Notes: generated by a model from the letters alone, not told the origin. A stretch of 64,000 bases of DNA from Candidatus Multivorans sp. (GCA_965224025.1 OZ245033.1:4576001-4640000), one strand, 5' to 3'. Shown: positions 19,227 to 28,768, counted from the stretch's first letter. Program-made: numbers and translations.

Positions 19227-21355
19227 GCGCCGAATACCAGGCGGTTCTCTGGAACCGCAACAAGAGGCTCTACGACCTCGCGATCGCCGTAGGCGCGGTC
19301 GTCTTCCTGGGGCTCTTCGTCGGCATCGGCATCTCGACCAGAACCCAAACGACGATCGAGACCCTGCTGATCCGCGGCTTGGGCGCGGGCGCCCTGCTGC
19401 TGCTTCACCTGGTGCTCGCCATCGGTCCGCTGTGCCGGCTCGACCGGCGCTTCCTGCCCCTGCTCTACAACCGCCGCCACCTCGGCGTCTGCATGTTCCT
19501 GCTCGCGGCCGCGCACGGCGGGTTCTCCGTCGTCCAGTTCCACGGCCTCGGAGTCCTCAATCCCCTGGTCAGCGTGCTGGCGAGCAACGGCAACTACGAC
19601 AGCCTGACCCAGTTCCCCTTCCAGGCGCTCGGGCTTGCGGCGCTCGTCATCCTGTTCCTGATGGCGGCGACCTCGCACGACTTCTGGCTCGCCAACCTGA
19701 CGGCGCCGGTCTGGAAGTCGCTGCACATGCTGGTCTACGTCGCCTACGGACTCGTCCTCGTCCACGTCGCGCTGGGCAGCCTGCAGGCCGCCGAGCGACC
19801 CACCGTGCTCGCGGGCCTGCTCGGCGTGGGCTTCGTCGCTATCGGCTCGTTGCATCTCGTCGCCGGCTGGCGGCAGCGCGTTCCGGCCCTGGCGGCGACC
19901 GCGGGGGACGAGGCAGTCGATGTCTGCGCGGTCTCGGACATCCTTCTCGACCGCGCCCGCATCTTCGTGCTCAGCGGCGAGCGGGTAGCCGTCTTCCGCT
20001 ACGGGACCGACGACGGTGAGCGGATCGCGGCCGTATCGAACGTCTGCCAGCACCAGAACGGACCGCTCGGCGAAGGCCGCGTTACCTCTGGCTGCATCAC
20101 CTGCCCCTGGCACGGCTACCAGTACCGTCCCGAGGACGGCTGCTCGCCGCCGCCGTTCACCGAAACGATCCCGACCTTCAACGTCCGCGTCGAGGGCGGC
20201 CGGGTCCTGGTCGACCCGCGCCCCAACCCGCCGGGTACTCACGCGGAACCGGCCAGCCTGGAAACGCGGGCCTCCTCGGACCCTTCCGACCTGGGAACGC
20301 GGGCGTCCCGCCCGCATCCGGGGCCCCGGAGTGATGACAGCACAGCGCCTGCCGACACGCCCGAGGAAGCGGCAATGACCGGCAACCGCCGCGACGAGTG
20401 CCATCCGTGCGCCCGATTGACGGGCGCACGGACTGGTTCACGGGTGACGCGGGTCGCGCCACCCGGGTTCTACGTCGGCTACCTCGACGAGACGCCGCCC
20501 GGGATCTCCCGGTTCGCGCGCCGCGCCGTGATCGGAGTTCTGCTGCTGGCCGCGGCGCTTGGCGCCGGCCTGGCCCTGCTGCTGGAGCGTTTCGACGAAG
20601 GAGTGTTCGAGTACGGCACGGTGCGGGACTACGAAGGCGAGCTGCTCGTCGATCCCCATCCGCGGATCCGCACCGAAGGAGGCCCCGCCGAGGGCTACCT
20701 ACTCGTCGGCGTCGGCAAGCACGGACTCGACGTCAACGAGGAGCCGAGTCCGCCCTGGCTGCCCGCGCTTTCCAGGAAGCTCCAGCTCTCGGGCACGCTC
20801 ATCCAGAACCCGGAAGCGGCGATGCTCGAAGTGCACTCGCTCAAACATCCCGAAGGACGGACCAGCGAAGAACCTCCGACCGAACCGGACTCTCTCGACG
20901 ACCCGGGAACCGGTGGTTCAACCCCCGATGGTGAGAGCGACGACGCGGCGGCTGAAGTTCCACCCGGCGCACAAATCGACCGCGTCTACCTGCGGGGCGA
21001 CACTCTCGTCGGCGAGATCGTCGACACGAAGTGCTACCTGGGCGCCATGAAGCCGGGTCGGGGCAAACCGCACCGTGACTGCGCCTCCCTCTGCATCCGC
21101 GGAGGCATTCCGGCCGCCCTGCTCGTTCGAACCGAGAACGGCGAACGGCGCCTGGTCCATCTCGTGAACCTGGCCGGCCAGCCACTGGGGCAGGAGCTGC
21201 TTGAATGGGTTGGCCAGCCAGTCGAAGTCACCGGCCAGCTAAGGCGTCGTGACAACCGCCTCATCCTGCGGACGTTTGTCTTCGACCGGGCCACTGCGGC
21301 GGCATCCGTTCGCCCCTACCCGGCGAGACCATCCCCGACCGGGAGCGGCCCATGA
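19223..21355 (+). CDS. ferric reductase-like TM domain + Rieske [2Fe-2S] + TM-anchored Cys/His domain, fused
   Basis: RRHLG, AHG and WKSLH heme-ligand histidines; CQH...CPWHG Rieske motif; DTKCYLG..H.DCASLCIRGG at the C-terminus. Confidence 0.85.
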   Translation: MSAEYQAVLWNRNKRLYDLAIAVGAVVFLGLFVGIGISTRTQTTIETLLIRGLGAGALLLLHLVLAIGPLCRLDRRFLPLLYNRRHLGVCMFLLAAAHGGFSVVQFHGLGVLNPLVSVLASNGNYDSLTQFPFQALGLAALVILFLMAATSHDFWLANLTAPVWKSLHMLVYVAYGLVLVHVALGSLQAAERPTVLAGLLGVGFVAIGSLHLVAGWRQRVPALAATAGDEAVDVCAVSDILLDRARIFVLSGERVAVFRYGTDDGERIAAVSNVCQHQNGPLGEGRVTSGCITCPWHGYQYRPEDGCSPPPFTETIPTFNVRVEGGRVLVDPRPNPPGTHAEPASLETRASSDPSDLGTRASRPHPGPRSDDSTAPADTPEEAAMTGNRRDECHPCARLTGARTGSRVTRVAPPGFYVGYLDETPPGISRFARRAVIGVLLLAAALGAGLALLLERFDEGVFEYGTVRDYEGELLVDPHPRIRTEGGPAEGYLLVGVGKHGLDVNEEPSPPWLPALSRKLQLSGTLIQNPEAAMLEVHSLKHPEGRTSEEPPTEPDSLDDPGTGGSTPDGESDDAAAEVPPGAQIDRVYLRGDTLVGEIVDTKCYLGAMKPGRGKPHRDCASLCIRGGIPAALLVRTENGERRLVHLVNLAGQPLGQELLEWVGQPVEVTGQLRRRDNRLILRTFVFDRATAAASVRPYPARPSPTGSGP
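20291..20321 (-). repeat. REP-like family A copy inside a CDS linker
   Basis: CTGGGAACGCGGGCGTCCCGCCCGCATCCGG is the reverse complement of the 15231/62821 consensus. Confidence 0.75.
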
Positions 21356-22221
21356 ACGGTCCCCTCTCCGCGGGAGCAAGCCCTGCCGACCTGAGCATCG
21401 ACCGCTCCGGCCTTTCTTCCAGCCCCGCACTTCTGCCCACCGGCGAGATCGAAGTCGGCGGCCATCGACTGCGTTTCGCGCGCACCGCCCAAGACCTCGA
21501 CCGTCTCCTCGCGCTCCGCTTCGAGGTCTTCAACCTGGAACTGGGCGAGGGCCTCGAGGAGTCCTTCGCCACCGGCCGCGACACGGACCGCTTCGACGCG
21601 AGCTGCCACCACATGCTGGTCGAGGAGAAGGGCGGCGAGCTCATTGGCACCTACCGAATGCAGACGGCGGCAATGGCAGCTCAGGGCCACGGCTTCTACT
21701 CGGCCGGGGAGTACGAACTGGACGCCCTGCCAGGAAGCGTGCTCGATCAGTCGGTCGAGGTCGGCCGCGCCTGCATCCACCGCAACCACCGCAAGCGCGC
21801 CGTGCTGTTCCTGCTCTGGAAGGGTCTGGCACGGTACCTGGTCCACAATCGGTGCCGCTACCTCTTCGGCTGCTGCTCCCTGACCAGCCAAGACCAGGCG
21901 GCCGGCATCCGGCTCTACGAGCAACTGCAGGCGGGCGGCAAGGTCCACCCCGAAATCGACGTGCCGCCCATAGCCCGCACGCGCTGCGAGGCGCCGGCCG
22001 ACCGCGTGGCCGCAACTCCCGACGTCGAAGTGCCGCCCCTCTTCGCCACCTACCTGCGCTACGGCGCCCTCGTCTGCAGCCGGCCGGCGATCGACCGGGA
22101 GTTCAAGACGATCGACTACCTGGTGCTGATGGACACGGCCGCTCTCAGCCGGCGCACCCGGTTGATCTTCGGGCTGGACGAGGCGCCGCCGGCGCCCGAA
22201 ATGCCCCCGGCGCCGCGCTGA
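21352..22221 (+). CDS. GNAT N-acyl amino acid synthase (OlsB-like, Acetyltransf_5)
   Basis: LRFEVFNLELGEG, DTDRFD..CHHM, GTYRM, EVGRACI, YLFGCCS, VPPLF..YLRYGA..PAID.EF. Confidence 0.88.
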   Translation: MNGPLSAGASPADLSIDRSGLSSSPALLPTGEIEVGGHRLRFARTAQDLDRLLALRFEVFNLELGEGLEESFATGRDTDRFDASCHHMLVEEKGGELIGTYRMQTAAMAAQGHGFYSAGEYELDALPGSVLDQSVEVGRACIHRNHRKRAVLFLLWKGLARYLVHNRCRYLFGCCSLTSQDQAAGIRLYEQLQAGGKVHPEIDVPPIARTRCEAPADRVAATPDVEVPPLFATYLRYGALVCSRPAIDREFKTIDYLVLMDTAALSRRTRLIFGLDEAPPAPEMPPAPR

Positions 22222-22223
22222 GG

Positions 22224-23072
22224 ATGCGGCCCAAAAACAGAAGTCCTCTCCGGATCTGGCGGATGATCTGGCGGGGGCCGGCTGTCCTCCTGACGGCGCT
22301 GGCCGCCTGGTTCCCGCTACTCATTCTGCGGCCCTTCCTGGCCAAGCGCGCTCCCTCGGCCTGGCGGGCCGTCCGGCGCTTCGTCCTGCGCCGCTGGGGA
22401 CGCGCCAGTCTCGCCATCCTCGGCTGCGGAGTCACGGTGCGCGGCGAACCGCCGAAGGAGCCCTTCCTGCTCATCTCGAACCACCTCTCCTACATCGACG
22501 TCTTCCTGCTCTCCGCGCTGGCCCCCGGGCGCTTCGTCTCGAAGGCGGAGATCCGGGACTGGCCGGTGGCCGGCGCGATGTGCCGGACCGTGGACATCAT
22601 TTTCGTCGACCGCGGCCGGCGGCGCGACGTCACGAAGGTCGGCGAGCAGATTGCCGAAGCGCTCGCCGCCGGCGACCCGGTGATCCTGTTCCCGGAAGGC
22701 ACGTCGACCCCCGGCAACGAGATCGCCCCGCTGAAGCCCTCGCTGCTCGCGCCCGCGGCCGGGCAGGAACTGGACGTCCACTGGGCCGTCGTCCGCTACG
22801 AGACGCCGCCCGACGAAACGCCGGCGTTCCTGAGCGTCGCCTGGTGGGGCGACATGGCGATGACCCCCCACGCCCCCGATCTGCTGAAGCTACGCCGCAT
22901 CGAAGCGGACGTGGCGTTCGGCGCGGCGCCGCTCCGGAGCGCGGACCGGAAGGTGCTGGCCCGCCAACTGCGAGACACGATGGCAGGTAGCTTCCGGCCG
23001 ATGGTCTCGAACGAAGAACTGGCGGCGCTTGGCGACGTTCATGGTCCCATCGGCATTCCCGAAGCGGACTGA
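22224..23072 (+). CDS. lysophospholipid/lyso-aminolipid acyltransferase (PlsC/OlsA-like)
   Basis: NHLSYID, FVSKAEI, FVDR and FPEGT acyltransferase blocks. Confidence 0.9.
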   Translation: MRPKNRSPLRIWRMIWRGPAVLLTALAAWFPLLILRPFLAKRAPSAWRAVRRFVLRRWGRASLAILGCGVTVRGEPPKEPFLLISNHLSYIDVFLLSALAPGRFVSKAEIRDWPVAGAMCRTVDIIFVDRGRRRDVTKVGEQIAEALAAGDPVILFPEGTSTPGNEIAPLKPSLLAPAAGQELDVHWAVVRYETPPDETPAFLSVAWWGDMAMTPHAPDLLKLRRIEADVAFGAAPLRSADRKVLARQLRDTMAGSFRPMVSNEELAALGDVHGPIGIPEAD

Positions 23073-25683
23073 ACGGCGCCCGCGACGACGCCGGCTCTGG
23101 CTGAAGATCCTGCTCGGGGTCTACGCAGCGCTGCTGCTGGCTTCGACTCTGGCGCGCATCACGGCCGAACCGGCGCCGCTACCGCCGGGCCGTGAAACCG
23201 TCGAGGTGCCGTTGCCGGAAAGCCACGACCGGCCGGTCCGGTTGGCGTGGCGCGAGTGGTCGGCGCCGGCCGCCGGAGACGCTTCGGACGGCGACGCCCT
23301 GCCCCTCGTACTTCTCCACGGTTCACCTGGCAGCGCGGACGACTTCCGGCGTCTGGCGCCCCGGCTCGCGCAACGGCGCCGTGTCATCGCCCCTGACCTT
23401 CCCGGTTTCGGCGCCTCCGAGCATCGGGCGGACGACTACTCGATCCGCGCCCACGCCGACGCCAGCCTCGCCCTGCTGGACGAACTCGGTATCGAGCGCT
23501 TCCATGCGCTCGGCTTCAGCATGGGCGGCGGTCCGGCGCTGCACATGATGGAGACCGCCCCCGACCGGGTCGCATCGCTTGTCCTCGTCGCCTCGATCGG
23601 TGTCCAGGAACTCGAACTGCTCGGCGACTACACCGTGAATCACGGACTGCACGGCCTCCAGCTCGGCCTGTTCTGGGGACTGCGCAACCTGGTCCCCCAC
23701 TTCGGCGCCTTCGACAGTCCGATCGCCCGTTCCTACGCCCGCAACTTCTACGACACGGACCAGCGGCCGCTGCGCGGGATCCTGGAGTCCCTGGAAACGC
23801 CGCTGCTCATCGTCCATGGCGAGCAAGACCCGCTGGTGCCGGCCGCCGCGGCGCTGGAGCATCACCGGATCGTTCCCCACAGCGAACTGTGGATGCGTCC
23901 CGACAGCCACTTCTTCATGTTCCGTGGCGGCGACGATCTGCCGCCACGGATCGACGAGTTCCTCGGCCGCGCCGAAGCCGGCGAGGCACCGACACGCACC
24001 GACGCCGAACCGGATCGCCTGCATCGTGCGGCGCTGCCGTTCGACGACATGGACCTGCCGCCGTTCACCGGCCCGGCCCTGCTGATCGTCTTCCTGCTCC
24101 TCGTGTTCGCCGCCTACTTGAGCGAGGATCTGACCTGCATCACCGCCGGTCTGCTCATTGCCCAGGGACGGCTCGACTTCCCCGTCGCCGTCGCCGCCTG
24201 CTACATCGGCATCCTGAGCAGCGACCTGGGAATCGCCTGGCTGGCCCGGATCCTTGGGCGGCCGGCGCTCAAGCTGCCGCCGTTCAAGTGGTGGGTCAGC
24301 GAGGCTGCGATCGAGGACGCGTCCGCCTGGCTGCGGCGGCGGGCGCTGGTCGTCGTCCTGGTCAGCCGCTTCCTGCCCGGTTCGCGGCTGCCGACCTGCC
24401 TCGCCGCCGGCATCCTGCGCACCAGCCTGCTCCGGTTCTGCTTCTACTTCGCCGTCGCCGTGGCGATCTGGACTCCCGCCTTCGTCGGCGTGAACGCGCT
24501 GCTGGGCCGCGAGGCCGTGGAACGCTTCGGCGGCCGCCTGCCCGGCGGCCTGCTCGCGGCGGCGCTGGCGCTGGCGCTCCTGATCTTCGGCGTGCGCACG
24601 TTCGTTCTGCCGCTCTTCACCTGGCGCGGCCGCCGGCTCTGGCGCGGCCGCCTGCTGCGGATCCGTCACTGGGAGTTCTGGCCCATGTGGGCGTTCTACC
24701 CGCTGCTCGTGCTGAACATCCTGTGGCTCGGCCTGCGGCGCGGCGGCCTGACGGCGTTCACCGCGATCAACCCCGCCATGCCCCTCGGCGGTCTCCTCGG
24801 GGAGTCGAAGAGCGACATCCTGGACGGCCTGGCCGGTATCGGCGACGCGCTGCCGGCCTGGAGGCGTCTGCAGCCGGGGAACACGGAAGACCGCGTCGCC
24901 GCTTTACGGCGGTTCCTCCAGGACGAGCGCCTGGGCTATCCGGTCGTCCTCAAACCCGACACGGGCGAGCGGGGACGAGGAATCGCCGTAGCCCACTCGG
25001 AAGCCGAAACGATCGCGTTCCTCGAAGCGACGCCTGGACCGGCGCTCGTGCAGGAGTACGTCGCGGGGGAAGAGTACGGCGTGTTCTGGGCCCGGCACCA
25101 CGGCCGATCAGACGGACACGTCTTTTCCATCACGCACAAGCTGCGGCCTACCGTCTTGGGCGACGGCCAGAGCACCTTGGAGCGGTTGATCCTCTTCGAC
25201 GGACGCGCCGTCGCCCTCTCTCACATCTACGCACGGGAACACCCCCAAGCGGCGAAGCGTGTACCCGAGGCCGGCAAGGTCGTCGAACTGACCGAGGTCG
25301 GCGCGCACTCCCGCGGCACGATCTTCCTGGACGCCAACGACCTGCACACGCCGGAACTGGAACAGGCAATGAACGCGATCTGTACCGCCTACGACGGCTT
25401 CGACTTCGGCCGCTTCGATATCCGCGCCCCGAGCGTCGAGGCCCTCCGGCGTGGCGAGGGAATCCGGGTGCTCGAAGTCAACGGTGTGACGTCCGAGGCC
25501 ACCCACATGTACGACCGCCGCTACGGCTTCTTCGCCGCCCACGCCATCCTGCGCCGGCAGTGGCGAATGGCCTTCGACCTCGCCGACGAGCGCATCCGCG
25601 ACGGCGCCCGGCCGGCCACCGTGAGCGAGGTCATCCGCGCCATCCGGGCCGAACGACGAGCCAGGAACGAAGGGCTACACTGA
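23029..25683 (+). CDS. alpha/beta hydrolase + DedA/VTT + ATP-grasp three-domain fusion (start may be ATG 23041)
   Basis: LHGSPG and GFSMGG; SEDLTCI and SRFLPGSR (DedA); WEFWP, GESKSDIL, VLKPD.GERG.G, QEYV, GRFDI and LEVNG (ATP-grasp). Confidence 0.88.
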   Translation: MATFMVPSAFPKRTERRPRRRRLWLKILLGVYAALLLASTLARITAEPAPLPPGRETVEVPLPESHDRPVRLAWREWSAPAAGDASDGDALPLVLLHGSPGSADDFRRLAPRLAQRRRVIAPDLPGFGASEHRADDYSIRAHADASLALLDELGIERFHALGFSMGGGPALHMMETAPDRVASLVLVASIGVQELELLGDYTVNHGLHGLQLGLFWGLRNLVPHFGAFDSPIARSYARNFYDTDQRPLRGILESLETPLLIVHGEQDPLVPAAAALEHHRIVPHSELWMRPDSHFFMFRGGDDLPPRIDEFLGRAEAGEAPTRTDAEPDRLHRAALPFDDMDLPPFTGPALLIVFLLLVFAAYLSEDLTCITAGLLIAQGRLDFPVAVAACYIGILSSDLGIAWLARILGRPALKLPPFKWWVSEAAIEDASAWLRRRALVVVLVSRFLPGSRLPTCLAAGILRTSLLRFCFYFAVAVAIWTPAFVGVNALLGREAVERFGGRLPGGLLAAALALALLIFGVRTFVLPLFTWRGRRLWRGRLLRIRHWEFWPMWAFYPLLVLNILWLGLRRGGLTAFTAINPAMPLGGLLGESKSDILDGLAGIGDALPAWRRLQPGNTEDRVAALRRFLQDERLGYPVVLKPDTGERGRGIAVAHSEAETIAFLEATPGPALVQEYVAGEEYGVFWARHHGRSDGHVFSITHKLRPTVLGDGQSTLERLILFDGRAVALSHIYAREHPQAAKRVPEAGKVVELTEVGAHSRGTIFLDANDLHTPELEQAMNAICTAYDGFDFGRFDIRAPSVEALRRGEGIRVLEVNGVTSEATHMYDRRYGFFAAHAILRRQWRMAFDLADERIRDGARPATVSEVIRAIRAERRARNEGLH

Positions 25684-25837
25684 CCCGAGTGCGCTTTGCA
25701 CTTCCTCTGCCCCACACCTCTTCAAGGCCGGCGATCCTCCACTCCATCGTCGCGCGGCGCCGGAACCCAGATGGAACGGTCGTGACTGGAAACGACAAGC
25801 AAACGTCGGCAGACAGAGAGTGGCGCGCGGAGGCTTG

Positions 25838-26425
25838 ATGAGCGCCGACAAGGCACCACCGTCCTCCGTAGCAGATGTCGAGTGGAAGGTCGAGATTGCC
25901 TGCCGCGTCCTGGCAGAGACGCCGGCAGGGGATCAGGTGGCGGCCCTAAGGGAAGCTGCGGAAGCTCTTGCCAAAGCGGAAGCCGAGTCTGAAGCTGCGG
26001 TCGACGCACAGGCAGCGGCGAGTAGAGACTACCAAGCCGCGGTGGACGCGCTAACCCAGGCAGGCGATCAGTGGGAACGAGCCTCAGAACGGAAGTCGAA
26101 GGAGGCAAGTGCGAGGGTTGACACAGCGTCCAAGGCCTCCACAAAGGCGTATCGCGCTGACCGAATCGCCACTCTCGCCTTCGACGAGGCCCTGGATGTG
26201 CTCGGCGATCCGTTGGAGGCCGCTCGCAGGGCGGCCTCAGAGGCTCTAGAAGAGGCGGACCGCGTCGCGGACGCCGCCGACGGCGGTGACTACATGGAGG
26301 CTTCACGGTGGCGGGCTCGCCTACGTGAGCGAGTAAATCAAGCCGAAACTGATGCCACCAAGAGAGTGGCGCGGGCACACAGGCGGGCCCAGATGCGAGC
26401 GCTAGGCGCCTTGGCCGAAGACTGA
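25838..26425 (+). CDS. hypothetical alanine-rich helical protein
   Basis: GGAGG RBS before the ATG; coiled-coil-like composition; no recognised motif. Confidence 0.6.
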   Translation: MSADKAPPSSVADVEWKVEIACRVLAETPAGDQVAALREAAEALAKAEAESEAAVDAQAAASRDYQAAVDALTQAGDQWERASERKSKEASARVDTASKASTKAYRADRIATLAFDEALDVLGDPLEAARRAASEALEEADRVADAADGGDYMEASRWRARLRERVNQAETDATKRVARAHRRAQMRALGALAED

Positions 26426-26530
26426 GATGGTCTGCGCGTACATGTCGCCCTTGTTACCTTCCGGCGCCCATTTCCGCAGCCCTTGGCTTCCTTCGGCCGT
26501 CGAGCGGCCGCCGACTCCGGGATTCTCGCG

Positions 26531-26833
26531 CTACGCGTACCCGCCGTAGCGGCGAGGCGCGTCCATTCGGGCGTGCAGCACACGGGCGATTTGAACGCTT
26601 GCTTCCCGCTGCACGTAGAAGACGACGTGAGCCTGGAACTCATGACGTCTCACCCCCGGCGCTATCCGGTCGGCCCGGCGGCCGAGCATCGGGTACTCCG
26701 CGAGAAGCTCGAAGCAGGCATGCAGCCCGTCGAGGTACTTCCTCGCCGCGGCAAGCCCGTGCTGCTCGATTGTGTAGGTGGAGATGTCCTCGATGTCGGA
26801 CGCGGCCTTTCCCGAGAGCCTATAGACGCCCAT
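26531..26833 (-). CDS. parE: ParE-family toxin
   Basis: YRLSGKAASDIEDI..YT...HG...A.KY...HVVFY...IARVLHARMD. Confidence 0.9.
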   Translation of the reverse strand: MGVYRLSGKAASDIEDISTYTIEQHGLAAARKYLDGLHACFELLAEYPMLGRRADRIAPGVRRHEFQAHVVFYVQREASVQIARVLHARMDAPRRYGGYA

Positions 26834-27077
26834 CGTTTCGAAGCCGCGCCTCGACCTCTTCCATGATGGAAGCCACGGTCTTCTCGCTTGGACCGCTGTC
26901 GATACCTTCCTGTACGGCAGCCTGAAGCGACTCGAAGTCGACCCTCCGCTCCCGGTCGCGTCGAATCAGATCGCGGATGTACTCGCTGTCGTTCGTGAAG
27001 TGGCCTGCGGCGATCCGCCCCTTGATCCACCGATCCTGCAGGTCCGTCAGGGTGATCGTCTTTCGGACAGTCGTCAT
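26820..27077 (-). CDS. parD: ParD-family (RHH) antitoxin
   Basis: RKTITLTD...WIK..I..G.F.NDSEYIRDLIR; overlaps parE. Confidence 0.9.
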   Translation of the reverse strand: MTTVRKTITLTDLQDRWIKGRIAAGHFTNDSEYIRDLIRRDRERRVDFESLQAAVQEGIDSGPSEKTVASIMEEVEARLRNDGRL

Positions 27078-27276
27078 GTTGTCTCCAAGGAACGCTCTCG
27101 GTCATACTATTGGTGCAGAATAGCATCGCGCCAGTCTGTGACACCACCCCCTCTTGCTGTGCCTGCCTGCCATCCGCGCACTTAATGACGTGCGCCTGGA
27201 CTCGTTCTCGGCTGAAGCGGATCGCGCCACCTGGGTTCCCGGCAGCATCCGCCTCAGACGGAATCGGCGGCGAAAC

Positions 27277-27747
27277 CTACTTCGCCTTGGCCGGAGCGGC
27301 CTTCTTCGTCGTCCGCCGGCGTGGCTTCGGCTTCTTTTCGAGCGCCTCGAGCCGCGCTTCGATCGCGCTCAGCCTTTCGATCACCGCCTCCAAATCCGCC
27401 TTTCCGGGGACGCCGAGCTTCTCGAGCCGGCGCTCCAGGTGCTCATCGATCCCCGTCCGCGCCTTCGACTTGGTCTGCTCGATCCCCTTTTCGGCCGCGG
27501 CACGCACCTGCTGGACCTTCTCCTCGGCCTTGTCTCGCCAGCCGCTCAGGGACTCTCGCCCCCGGTTCTCGACCTTCTCGCCGCGCGCGACCAGCCGGTC
27601 GAAGACCTTGGCCCCCGCATCTGCCGCCTCGCCCGCAACCCCAGCGCCGGCAAGCGCCACCTTGTGGGCCGTTTCGACGGCAGACTCGACCACTGACCGT
27701 ACTTTCGAGTCGCTATCCCTGGTTTCTGCCGCGGATGCTGCTGTCAT
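27277..27747 (-). CDS. PHA granule-associated protein (phasin, PhaF/PhaI-like)
   Basis: KVALAGAG...FDRLVARGE, LEKLGVP.K.DL and a Lys/Ala-rich tail. Confidence 0.8.
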   Translation of the reverse strand: MTAASAAETRDSDSKVRSVVESAVETAHKVALAGAGVAGEAADAGAKVFDRLVARGEKVENRGRESLSGWRDKAEEKVQQVRAAAEKGIEQTKSKARTGIDEHLERRLEKLGVPGKADLEAVIERLSAIEARLEALEKKPKPRRRTTKKAAPAKAK

Positions 27748-27801
27748 CTCGTTTCTCCCTGTTCTGGTCTGTTGGGGCTTCCGGCACTGCGGGCCCGCTA
27801 T

Positions 27802-27854
27802 CCCTCCAGGAACTTTGGCCCTCCAGGAACTTTGGGCCCGCTAGGAACTGTGGG
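27802..27854. repeat. short degenerate tandem repeat (three 17-18 bp units)
   Basis: CCCTCCAGGAACTTTGG / CCCTCCAGGAACTTTGGG / CCCGCTAGGAACTGTGGG. Confidence 0.75.
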
Positions 27855-28620
27855 CCTCGGCGACCCGCCGCTTCACGGTTTCGATCGGGTTGCGGTAGTC
27901 CACCGTGCCGAGACCGCGGTTGGTCAGCTTGTAACCGATCAACGCCTGCAGCTTCTCGGGCATTCCCACGACGACTTCCCATGGCACGCCGACGAACTGG
28001 TTCTCCCGCTGTTTGAGCCACGCCAGGTTGAAGTTGACGTTGATGGAGCGTCGATACCCGTTCTGCGTCGAGTTCCCGCCGCCCCGGTGCCAGACGGCGC
28101 CGTCCCAGAGGAACAGGGCCCCAACCGGCATCTCCACCGTCAGCGTGGGCACGTCGGGATCGACCGGATCGGCCGAGCGATGGCTGCCCGGAACGATCTC
28201 CGTGGCCCCGTTCTCGGCCGTGAACGGATCGAGCGCGAGCAGCGTGTTGACGAGCAGGGGAGCATGCGGGCGCGGAAGCGGATAGTGGCCGTCGTCCTGA
28301 TGCATCCGCTGGGGACGGTCGCCCGGCCCAGGCCGCATGGCCGCGACACCGGAGACCTGGTAGTCCGGGCCGAGTACCGCCTCGATGATCCCCAGCAGAC
28401 GGTCGCCCATGAGGATCTCGTCGACGGCCCGCGTCTTGGCCAGCAAGTTGTGCGTGTGGATGGTCTGCTGGCCATATTCCTCCGTCATGCGGCTGCCGAC
28501 CGCCTCGAAAACGGGGGCAAGGTCCCGGCACAGCCCCTCCAACCTCTTCTCGTCCAGGAAGTCGGGTACCACCGTATAGCCGTCTTCGCGGATGTGACCT
28601 GCTGCGCTCTCGATGTCCAT
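27841..28620 (-). CDS. phytanoyl-CoA dioxygenase (PhyH)-family protein
   Basis: HQD, NGATEIVPGSH and WHRGG.N 2OG-Fe(II) motifs. Confidence 0.9.
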   Translation of the reverse strand: MDIESAAGHIREDGYTVVPDFLDEKRLEGLCRDLAPVFEAVGSRMTEEYGQQTIHTHNLLAKTRAVDEILMGDRLLGIIEAVLGPDYQVSGVAAMRPGPGDRPQRMHQDDGHYPLPRPHAPLLVNTLLALDPFTAENGATEIVPGSHRSADPVDPDVPTLTVEMPVGALFLWDGAVWHRGGGNSTQNGYRRSINVNFNLAWLKQRENQFVGVPWEVVVGMPEKLQALIGYKLTNRGLGTVDYRNPIETVKRRVAEAHSS

Positions 28621-28768
28621 GGATTCCTGTAAGCGGTGACCTGATCGGCGTTGCGCGGCAGCGTAACAAAGCCGCGAAGGGCTCCGCCCCGGGCCGGGTT
28701 GGTAGCCTTCGCCGACCCGCGGACGACAACTTGCGAGGCGTCAGCCTCCCTCCTTACGAAGAAACTCC

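Noticed and set aside
27104-27126. Imperfect palindrome upstream of parD (ATACTATT-N7-AATAGCAT)
   Set aside because: A plausible autoregulatory operator, but weak and expected.
27802-27854. Mini CRISPR array
   Set aside because: The units are contiguous with no spacers, so this is a simple tandem repeat.
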